Assembly (NCBI RefSeq): GCF_001949145.1
Contig: NW_019091361.1
Location: forward strand, 1,776,866 to 1,840,865
Length of the DNA stretch: 64,000 nucleotides
Source of the DNA: Acanthaster planci
Lineage: Eukaryota
Reading direction: 5' to 3'
Shown: in pieces, positions 53,206 through 64,000 of the stretch
How positions within the stretch are numbered: position 1 is the stretch's first letter
How the letters are laid out: every line of letters starts with the position of its first letter
Translations under genes and position numbers: made by a program
Notes under the pieces: model-generated
The model's database searches: none
What the model was told of the DNA's origin: nothing
The model's input: only the letters and a program-made list of their open reading frames with translations

Positions 53206-54139
53206 TATGTATACCATATTGATATCAAGGTCGCTGTCTCCCTTATCAGTTGCATTTTGTAATGTTTCATAAGAGTTTCAGGCTTTAAACTTCTGCTTTA
53301 GTGTCGAGGCCTCTACTTGTCAAAATTTGTTTATCCTAAACTGCTTAAATGTCGCTTTCCCAAAAGAATAAAACCTACATGTATACACATTCCGATTTTG
53401 AACTGTTTATGCAACGGGGAAACTGCAGGTGTGTTTCGGCAATAAAATGTGTCCAACCAGGGTAGTCACATCAGTGCGGTCCGTCACTTTGATAGGACGT
53501 CGCCCTTCAAGCCCTACCAAACGTAAAATATATTATTCTGCAGTAACAACGTTTATGGCTTTGTTATTTTGTGAAAAGTGGGATTCGCTTGTATAAATAT
53601 GGCTGGGTTGTGGTAACTCGATGTGAAAACAGACCGAAGTTATTTTTTTAGTATTTTACATTAAATTTTGCTTTGTTCTTTTGTTTGCTTTTCATTGCCT
53701 GGATCACACCAGGTACCGCCAACGCGATATATAATGCTTGATTGTGTCAGTCAAGTCTTGTAAAATAAAGATGAAATCATACAGTAAAACTTTATGCAAA
53801 TAATTTGTGTTATTAAATGAACCCGTGACGGAAAACAGTATAATCAGGATATCACAGTTTTGTGCAGTGAAACTCGAAGGACATAAAACACCAAATAACA
53901 GACGGTTTGTCTGATTTCTTTTGACAGTCATGTTGACATTTTAGAAAATGTGACATATTCTTGTCTAATTCCCAGAGAGTTTTAATAATCACATCTTAAT
54001 TTAACATTAACTATGAGAAAATAATGTACTGGGCAAAGTGCCCAAAAGGTTTACCTCTTTTTATCACTTTGTAAGATGAACATGTTCCTCTGTGTTCAAA
54101 AGATTGTAGAATTATATTGAAACTTACAAACTCACTTAG

Positions 54140-54315
54140 AATACAGGAAATTCACAATAGTGCGCCCCGAAGAGTCTGCAACGCCTTGACCAATCACAAC
54201 GCGCGAAATTTGTCAACCCTTTCCAAACGTGCATTGGGTCGACAGATTTTGCGCAATGTAATTGGCCAACGCGTTGCGAACTCTTAGTGGCGCACTTTTG
54301 GGAATCGCTCGTATT
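54140..54315. mobile_element. Palindromic foldback element (80-bp arms, 16-nt loop), MITE-like
   Basis: 54140-54219 and 54236-54315 align without gaps as inverse complements at roughly three-quarters identity, with paired CCAAT / ATTGG boxes. Confidence 0.85.
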
Positions 54316-57300
54316 TAAAATCAGCAATCTGTACACTACGTTTAATTATTTGTTGTGTAAAATCGAGGATTTCAAAAGATGATCAGTATTCAGGCGTAGA
54401 GCAAAATTCAAACACGAACATAAACGCGAACATTGAAATGATTAAACCCTGACTGGTGTATCTATTTATTTATGTTATATCTTCTGATATTAAAATTGTG
54501 ACAAAGTGAACTTGGGATGGCTGGGAAAAACCATAAGTATAAAACTGTCATCAAAAGGATGTGGTCAAGCAGACCCGTGTGCATATGAAAAAGTAAACAA
54601 ATATTAATAATTGAAACGTATATAAAATGTTTTTTATATAAACAATATCGTGATCGATACACGAAAGAGAAAAAACTCCAACACGCAGTGTATAAAAATT
54701 GTTTCAAATCACATTTTGCGAAGACACTAGCAAGCCAATCGGCAATCAAATTCAAGACAAGGCTGTACAAAGGCAGAAAATCAGATGTAGGCCTAGACAA
54801 AGAGCCTCACAAGCAGACCAAATCAGACAAAGTTCTCAGACAAAAATTAGACTCCTAAACAGACAAAAGGAAGCAATCCAAATATAATGGATATTTATTT
54901 CTCCAAAAATAGCCCATTAATAATGGGCTGATGCCGTTTTAAGAACATCAGCATAAAAGCTATGGGACGGTGCATTGTTCTGCTTCAAGCTGTTTCGGAA
55001 GTACCATTAAACCCTCTTATATCCTGCTGTATTATTTTTTTTATTTTATCTTCATCGTCGAAGCTGTCAGTGAAGACTGTACAGTCTCCTGATGAAGTCA
55101 ATATATGAACCACGAGAAGTTTATTAGATGTTTGTGCTCAGAACGAGTTGTAATAAAAATCGGTTGTGCGTGCCACGCCCGAGGCAGCAATAATAACGTG
55201 GAGTGTAGCGTCTGCAGGTTGGTAATATGAAAAACTTCAACGAGAAACGTGCCAAGACTTCAAAGAGGTCATCCAGCCATATTTGCTGGGAATTTATACG
55301 TATTTTACCCGCCAGTCTTCAGCGCATGGGAATCTCGGTGGAATTCTGCAGTGAGTGCGTATGGGAAAGAGTATCCCGGGCCTGCAGTACAAATCAGAAA
55401 CGGTGTCGCAAGCACGGCCAGAGCGCTCAAGTGTGCTGTTTGTTTGAACGCGGTAGATCTTCATTTAAGTCCCGAATGCGACCTGTCACAAACCGATGTT
55501 GTTTTCGAATCTCTTCGCGAATCTAATCCATCAACTCGTGCATGTAGGGTAACCTAGCGTGCGTGGGGTTGGTTTTATTGATTAAATCTAGTTCAGATTC
55601 CATTAATCGCTCGAGAATGTCGCAGGACTGTTTTTGCCTGAAGATGAACGTGAAGAGGCTGTCCTTGTGTTGATAAAAGAATCGAGTTTCATGTATGGGG
55701 TTTTTTATAATTATGTATTTACGTGTTAATATCAAAACAGCAATAAAGAAATGTAACGTGTTGGTAACTGTGTCATATTAATTTGACACAGTTTCCATCT
55801 TGTTACATTTTAATTTGAGAGTATGAAAGATTGTGGTCTCAGATGTTACTGTTCTGCACGTCACTTTAACCAAAGAAGCTGGTTTACATCTGCTCTGGTA
55901 ATCATTGGAAATTGGTACTTATAAAATCAAATTTTCACCGGATTCCATTTCCTATGTTACTTTCTGTCATCGCTGAATGAGAACATAGAGCGAAATGGGT
56001 CTCGCCATAAACAGCCTTGGTTTTTTTCAGCGGACGAATTATGCATGTACGTGCATCTTACACCCGCGATAGTATCCAAAGTGTTGGTGAATTAAAGCCC
56101 CTCCGTTGCCTGGAGGGTGTCCTCCATACTGCATGCACATGCAGTTGCATTAGCTTTTAGTACACTTGCACTTAAGGTGGGTGCTTGTACATATCCAGTG
56201 GTGAAGTAACGCACGTGAGCCGATTGAAATTCTGATACTTTTGAAGGCGAGTTATGCGCCTCGGGGAAACTCAAGCCCCTGGCAGTGCCGTGTTAGTTAT
56301 TCCCGCCTCGGATTGGGGGAAAAAACGGCGGGAAAAAGCGTTGCCCCCGTGGCCGTTGTATTAGATTGGGGGCGTTTCCACTAGTTGGTTGGCATAGAGC
56401 AAAAGAACATGCAGCTGCATTTACATTGTACGATACATCAGTGCCTTAGCTGTAGGCGTATCTGTTTGGCCGGAGTTTGTTTCTGCTGTTCTTGTTTTCG
56501 CATTCACGAGTTTTTTGTTTTTGTTCGGTGTTTTCGCTTTGTTCAGCCATTAACAATTACTGTGGTTCACGGTCTTAAATTCTGACACCTTGCTTTTCAG
56601 ATGCATGAAGATTAGGTGTAAAACTGTTTGAAACTGCCCGATGAAGACGAGGTACCATTCTGTTTCTTGGAAAGAGTCGTGAGTCGTTTTGCTGTTACTG
56701 TTGTATTTGGCTTATGCAGTACGATCGGTAGTTTTTTTGGGGGGGGGGTTTGCCAAAAAAAAAATTAAAAAAAAATAAAAAGTTAAGCTGAATGAGGAAA
56801 AGTCTTTTGAACCAGAAGATGATTGCGAATGGTGTTTGTGTAAGACCAATGGTCGCGGTGTATGCTGTGCAGGTCGCGACAAAAAAAGTCTGACAACTTG
56901 CCCCTTCCCCTGGGATGCCCCTTCCTGTCTGATTAAGGTCCACGGATTCCTCAAGTTGATCAACAGCAAGTCAGGTCATCATTTTCACGGATGCACCACC
57001 TAAAGTTGAACAACCTCCCCGGCAGATGCGTAGTCTGTTTTCTTTAATAATGTAAATTTCTTCCCTTTTCCCGCAACTCGATCATCCCTGAGAGATGAGT
57101 TTGTCTGCAGAGAAACCACCACACCGCACATCGTCGGACATATAGCGGAAGGAAGGATAAGCTGAATATGTGAGCAAGCAAGCATATGGCACAGTCTTCC
57201 TCGTGCATTTTAAAGCTGATCCAGCTCCTTAGTTCGGGGAGTGGGATCAAATTTTATTTCTCGAGTTGGGTTCAAAATTTGGATGCAGGTTTACACGCTT

Positions 57301-60300
57301 TGGGCAGGAAAGGAAATGGATTCTTCCAAGCAAATTGTCTTCCCCTCATTATTTTTCAAAAAAGAAAAAGCGACACCCCCTCCTTTTAGGGGTGCTTCCG
57401 TTGCCAATTCCCTCTACCACGGATCCGCCAATGCATGCACGGTTCTTTGCTCACATCCCGAGGATGGACCGTGGGACAACATGATTCTGCTATGGGCTTG
57501 GTAGATAGTGCTGCCTTTTTAAAACAGTCGTCTTACAGAGCGGAAAAAGTCACCGTTCTTTCTATTTGCAAACGTAACTGAATTGTAATTTTTAAATGTA
57601 AAGTTGAAATGCAGAAGTGAATGTCAACGGTTCAGAGGTTGTGCAATCCTTTGGTCGTATTATCTGGGGATTTGTTCAGAGAAATCTCTCATGCCGAAGT
57701 AATTATCTACTACATAATCCATTGAACACGGAATTGCAAAACGATGCAGTTGTTTTCCAGACATGGTGACAGATTTAGAAATCTTCCGTCTCACGTCGAC
57801 TACAGCTGAAAATCAGTAAGTTGAAACCGTTGCTTTCTAAAATTCAAATTCGTATTCACCTCTAGGTCAACATTTTCTTGCACTTACAAGGTGCTCGATA
57901 TTCCTAGGCCAGCCAGTCTGACACTCGGCAGAAATACCTCTCCGGCGGGTACCCTGCTGACAGCAGTACCTGCGTGCGGGACATCCGTCGGCTTTTTGCG
58001 CAAGCTGTTAACCTAGGCGCGCGTGTGAAGATCTGTGCAATTCATCATGAAGTCAAGGGCGCCGTTTATAGCACTCGCTGACAAGTTGGGCGGTGTAGAA
58101 AACGTGTCGAAGGGTCGGCGTCTGCTTTGCACTACAAATTGGCGTCTTCAACTTTGTTGACGGCTCTATGGTGTCTGGAGGCCAGGGTCAGGGCTCAGCG
58201 GCTGAGCGCCATCTTCGTTTTATGGGGTGGGATTAAAGGGGTGGTTTGCTGAGAAAATGGTTGCGTCTCCTTTTTCATTTCATCCTCCAGAGCTTTCATT
58301 TTCTTGGTCTTCTACTCATCAATAGTTTCTGTAAGCACGTATTGTACGTTGATACCTTTTCGTTTTACTGTGTAGTCTTGTAATCCTTGAGACAAAAGGT
58401 AGATTTGTCGATGGGTGTGGTACATTATCTAAGTGAATTTCAAGTTGTGCTGTTTGGGGAAGCTGTGGATTGCAGAACTCGGTAGCAGTCAAAGAATTCT
58501 ACAAAGTCAAGACAATTCGGAATGCAATTCCTTCCTCCCGACTACAACCATGCTTACCTCTCTTGTTACAGTGCCCCAGCTAGACTGAAGGCTTTACAAC
58601 TGTACACAAAAACCTGTTGCCAGAAGTGTAAGATTCATATCATTGACGCCTTGTGTGCTAGTATAGCAATACCTTGTGGCTTTATTGGTGGTTGGCACAA
58701 GCCCCCGTTGTATAATTGGTACAAATTCCGTAATTGCTGTCAATCAGGTTTCAAATTTGCACTGAGCTATCCTGTATCCCGGCATCATTGCAATCTACAT
58801 ATATTCATTCAGCATGGATGTAAATTGTGAAATTCTATCCTTGTTGCAACGCGCATGCATGGCGTGACGGGTCAGTGTCAGTGTTTGAGATGTTAGCACC
58901 ATATGAAAAAAACCTGTGCTTCGTAAAATAATGCAGACTTTCCATTTCAAGTCTGATATCCATAGTCTGTAGGCACGCGTTATGGAATTGCAGTTTGGAT
59001 TTGTGGGAGTGGGCCGTGTATACGCCATGCAACCCTCGTGTTGGGACCGACTTTCCGTTCATATCACTAACACCTTTTCCAATGGGTTCTGGCAGCCGAG
59101 GTCAGCGTGATTTACTCACCAGAAATCCAAATGATGTAGTTTACAAGTCGCGCCTTGTAGCTACATGTGTTTTGGGCATTACCAAGTGCCACGGCATTTG
59201 CGCGGAAAAGTTCAAGATACACGTGGCGTATAGTTGCCCAGACCCGCCGTGCTGTGTAATAAATGATTCCTAAAATGATATCAGTGTGAGAACGATAAAC
59301 AGATTTGATTTTTTTCTAAGAAATTGGCAAAGGCTGACGGTGTTTCCACTTAAGGCGAAAGCCTTCCAAATTGAATCATGCTTTCACTGGAAATCCAGCA
59401 TTTGATGTAACAGATTTAATTTAAATGTAACATTCAAACCACAGCACTGCCCTTCTGATATGCCTTTTTTGTACAAGTTGGAAGGTTCCTTTACTTATGC
59501 AAATTTGTTCAGTGTTTGGAACACAAAGTGACAAGCAATTTACAAAAATGGACAAACACTCGCACTGAAATTTATGCGAACGTGCTTCAACTCGGCTACA
59601 GCATTAGCGTTGGTTATGAAGATTAATCAAATTTATGCCGTCCATTTATATGCTGCCCGAAACAAATCACTCGTTTATGGGCCGCTTGATTGTCCATACC
59701 CGCACAGGTGACAGTCCTCTAAATGGGCTTTTATTCATTTAACGATGCCTCATTCTAGTCAACGTTATCATGACATCAGGCGAGGTGATATTAAAACACC
59801 TTATGTTTATGGTTGTTTACCGGTTGCCCAGACATTCACAGAGCCATTAACCTCGATCTCAGGGTGCGTGACGTCAATAAATAGCTCTTTCCCGTTCCCG
59901 TTCTTCACCCTTGTATTTCACACTTTCTTTATTGTTCACAGAGTGCTCACACTTTATCTGTGTGAATATTGTTAACGGATGAGTGAATCATTATGGTGAT
60001 GTGTTTGAAATTTGGCCTACGGCCGTATGATCGCTTGTGTTAAGGTTTGATTTATTTACGGGCCAAAGCTTTGAACGCGTTTATCTTTCAATTTTAGCGA
60101 CCAAGTTCATAATCAAGGAACTTGTTTATTATCACCTTTTCAATAGTAAGTCATCCCTTTACCAAATGTGGGCAGTATTGTGAGAAAAATTCCCTCAAAA
60201 TGGCCGCCTACAAAATCAGTGTATAACGCATCATCATTGGGGGCGTTCATTTGTATTTATTTTCCACTTATGCAGATGTTCAAAGCCCCGTCTTGTGCTT

Positions 60301-60971
60301 CTGCTTGGTGAAATACTGGACATCAACAGGGGAGGACGGGGACTGTGAAAGAGACGCTCCAGATTGTCGAGAAAAGAAATATCATTTCTCTCAATATTAT
60401 ACCCGTGGTATTTACTGGGCGAACTCCCATAAAACACGGTGCCAAGGGTTCATACCGACGCGCGGTCTACATCCACTTTACACGTGTTTTACGACTTTTA
60501 TCACCAGGGTTTACAATGCGGAACTTCTCAATTTATGATACCCTGTGGCCGGTGTATAAGGTTTATTATACACGAGCGTTTGACACTGCGATGTTCAAAG
60601 CTAGCGTGGTGTCGAACGTTTTATTTGTGACCCCAAAATGGATGGTTTGGTTTAATACGGAGAATAGCCATGCATGATGGACGTAATAAAGGTTTCTAAT
60701 CTTAGTTAGGACTTATTTGTTTATGTAAAAACAATAATAAAGCCACCGTCGTAAACGCTTTATGTACACGACAGGGTGATTGGTATTTTCTGGCAGCATT
60801 TCTTCAAATGGCTAATCCGCTCTGTGTGGATAAAACATGGGCCAAGTCAAGCATGGTCCAATGTCAGTTGTAATATCTCGATAATTTCTTTGTGTACGGC
60901 CTTTAGCCTCTAACATTTTTAGCTCTTGCATTTCACTACTCCATTTTTGTCCACGTTTTATCGTGGGTAAT

Positions 60972-61039
60972 GGTCTATATTTCCGACTTTCGTACATCAT
61001 CTATTGCACTGTCTAAGCATTCACGTTAAAATATTAAAC
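60972..61039 (+). repeat. Left arm of a perfect 68-bp inverted duplication
   Basis: Exact reverse complement of 62767-62834. Confidence 0.97.
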
Positions 61040-62766
61040 TGAATATCCAGCATTGGGGTTCTCATTTAGTGATCGGGCGATTCATTTTGGTCTAACTTGA
61101 TCGGTTTCCTATGAACAAAAGCTTTATCAACGAAATGCCTTGAAGTGGTAGACTTTGTGTGGTGCTGCAAAATTACTAATCCCGTGTAGATTGCAATCAA
61201 AACGTTGTTCGCGGCTATTAAAATGTGTTGAAGATGCTGTGTTACAGCGCACCGATTTTATCACCGCGCCTTCTGTGAATAATTCCATCTGTGAGCTAGC
61301 TTACAATCAAACCAGCACCCCGAAATACCTCATCACAGTCATTATCCCCTTTTGGCAGGCTTATCCGTCAACAATGTAGCTCTGTGGATTCCCTTCCCCA
61401 TCGTAATCCCATCTTATTAAATTGCCTGACACGCGTTAATCCCATCCCCACCCGGTTTGGCCCTGCAACGTGTTGACATCTTAAAGGGAAACCAGGGGGC
61501 TCAAATCAATGTTTGTCCGGACCGCACTGGCTTCATATATGTTTTTGGTCAGTTTGCTGAATTCACAAGGAGGTTGAAACAAGGGTTTAAACGAATGATG
61601 TTCATTTAGACTTTGTTAATGGGAACCGCACTTGCGCTGCACTGACTTGAAACCCAAAGCGATTCATCGTAACTACAAGGCCAGTAGAGCCACTACAAAT
61701 TACAATGCATGTACATTTTGTTATTTTAAGTTATGTTTTTGAAAAAAGAAAAACAAATGAAAATTCTGTTTATCATTGTAGTACCCATTCGTATTGTTTA
61801 AAAATGTGTCTTTCAATCCAGCTCATCACTAAAGTTCGTAGGAACTGCAGAAAATGAGAAACGTATTTGGAGGAGAGCATTCTGTCAGTAGACCGTAAGC
61901 CCAAGGCAAAACGTCAACTGAAAATTTCACTCAGGTTTTGGGTTTTTTCCAAGTCTAATTGTCCTGTACTTCGTTTCAGACATAAGCGCTCTACGTTTTC
62001 AAGACTCCCAGCGCATGAACTTTCAGATGTGGACAAAACTGCACTCTCTGACTGTTGAGTTGGTGGAGTGGTGCCAGTAGACATTTAATACTACAGCATA
62101 TTGAAGCTAGAGTGGCCTGGTGTATACATGTAGGGTCCCTTGTATACCTCCATGTAAATGCTTTTAGGGTTTTCATCATTATATAATGTTTATTGCTTTC
62201 GTTCTCACCCTCAACTGTTCAATCCGATTTCCTTAATCTGACTGCAACAGTACTCGATTATCTCTGTTCCTGTTGCCCCATTCTTCCAGCCCTTTCTTGC
62301 CCGTAAACCAGCTCTATCCTTGCCCAAAGAAATAGGTGCCGTAATCTGACAGCTTTCCCTAATTGCAATATCCCAGTCGCACTGGGCCCTGGCCTGCAAG
62401 GGGGTTCACAATAATGACCACAACTGCTCGCCATTGTTGGGTTTTATCGCTTTTTTTTTTCAATCGGCCATCATGAGTTCAATTGGCGGGGCCCCAACAA
62501 TAGCCTTCCTTGGATTCACTTTTTCTGTACTCGCTCGATGTGGTAACGACAGAGACTAACGATTCCAGTTGACTGGGACTGAGCCTGACAGTAGAAAAAG
62601 CAAATGCGCTCCCGGCATGCAACTTCCAGAGTCTAATGCTCATGTAGTTTCCTGTAGTAGGCGTACAAGTCAAGATCCGAAATCGAAGGACTCCTGTGTA
62701 TATATTTTAGTGTGGGTTGGGGCATGGGTCATTTGAAAAATACCAAACAGATTTTGGTATGCTGAC

Positions 62767-62834
62767 GTTTAATATTTTAACGTGAATGCTTAGACAGTGC
62801 AATAGATGATGTACGAAAGTCGGAAATATAGACC
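62767..62834 (-). repeat. Right arm of a perfect 68-bp inverted duplication
   Basis: Exact reverse complement of 60972-61039. Confidence 0.97.
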
Positions 62835-62990
62835 GACAAAGTCGTTTGCTGTTGTCTTTTTATCAGCGTTAAAGGAGGTTTTGGTTGTGAGGTAATACCT
62901 GTTGCACCTTAGTACTGGCGGAGCAGTGAATTATGAAATACCAAACTCGTGTATAATACGACTGTGATACACTTGCTGTGTCTACTTGCG

Positions 62991-63021
62991 TCACGACACA
63001 AATCACGACACAAATCACGAC
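62991..63021 (+). repeat. 12-bp tandem repeat (TCACGACACAAA) x about 2.5
   Basis: Read directly from the sequence. Confidence 0.8.
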
Positions 63022-63259
63022 CGTATAAGACACTGGCACTGTATAAAGCTGTTCAAACCATCCTGCCGGTCATTACTAAATCCACGCTTGTAATGGCATA
63101 CCATAATGAAATTGGCAGGGCTTTAGCTAAAGTAGAAAAAAGCTCGGCCATTCAGTATGACATTTGCATAGTGCCAGTCATACCCGCGTGTGCATATTGG
63201 CCGCCAGATCAAAAAGTATATATATGATTCAGCTGTTATGACTATTAACTATTGCTTCG

Positions 63260-63690
63260 TTTTGTAGTCGGAGCCTTTACGAACGTTGCGTATCCGCTTG
63301 TGTTGATTTACCAAGAATCTTGCTTGTCCACACCGCCCTAGTATTAAGTACATTATTCCAGTATTCAACAACCCGTTCCATCACATAGGACAGCTCCATT
63401 TTGACTGCAGTCACGAGGGGTGTTGACCAGTCAGGTTGGAGAGATTGAGTTTTGTGAGCTGGGTGTGGCAGGTTGTTTGAAATCCACGCTACTTCTGTCC
63501 ACAAATTTACATGAGGATAAACGAACCTTCTCGGGCAACTCACCTTCACTTTGCCGTTTGGGATTTTCATTGTTTTGTTTAATGATAAACCTAATAATTT
63601 CACTGACTATTCCTTCAACCAGTGTTGAAGATGATGTACAACTCCAAATGGGAGATATTTGGAAGCTTTTTTGAAGGTACACTTTGAAAA
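63260..63690 (-). mobile_element. Decayed Penelope-like retroelement fragment (post-RT linker and 3' end)
   Basis: YLQKSFQISPIW...LVEGIVSEIIRFIIKQ...KVRLSSCKFVDRSSVDFKQ resembles the Penelope RAF.LSS.W..I..FI..VRI.LPF....S region. It is followed by a C-terminal-like MELS..WNNVL. Confidence 0.45.
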
Positions 63691-64000
63691 TTCTATCTTT
63701 GTAAAATCATGGTCGTACTAAAAGAACGTTTATGTAACCGTTGTCAAAACGTAACTCGCAGTTTCGTGCTTGAGGAAGAAAATGTGTGTACGTGTACTGT
63801 TCCCTTAAAATGATTGTGCAAATATTGGCCCATTTCAAATTGCACATAAACAAAAACTTGGGTCAAACTTTCTGGATTTTATTACCTATTGGAATTGCTG
63901 TAGTTTGTTATACTTTGTATATACTAGTATAATAGGGAATTCTCCTTTTTTTCCACAAAATAGTTTTTTGTTTTGCATTTTTAAGGATTTTCGCTCTCCC

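Noticed and set aside
55060..55125. CTGATGA hammerhead-like core
   Set aside because: No GAAA follows a closed stem II.
55227..55526. ORF with W, CxxC and H spacing reminiscent of a BED finger
   Set aside because: The spacing is poor, and there are no hAT termini or downstream transposase.
108..63682. Remaining short ORFs (60-148 aa) in the ORF track
   Set aside because: They have random-like composition, often non-ATG starts and no recognisable domains. There is no operon, CRISPR array or prokaryotic gene structure.

Overview
Eukaryotic, roughly 40% GC, apparently non-coding DNA (a large intron or intergenic region), most likely from an invertebrate animal. No intact protein-coding gene, rRNA, tRNA or CRISPR array is supported, and nearly all listed ORFs look spurious. 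The recognisable content is decayed transposons. These are a minus-strand LTR retrotransposon 5' end (LTR plus tRNA-Leu PBS), an internally deleted THAP plus SWIM/YqaJ-type (ISL2EU-like) DNA transposon with a nested hAT-like MITE, several other MITEs, and relics resembling Harbinger MADF, Kolobok, CR1 and Penelope elements. The most notable large-scale signals are a CpG-depleted domain (about 3-39 kb) abutting a CpG-normal domain (about 41-64 kb), strong enrichment of the palindrome TACATGTA in the depleted domain, and several near-perfect inverted duplications without target-site duplications. All family assignments are by-eye motif recognition, not database searches. I cannot support a novel protein-based system here.
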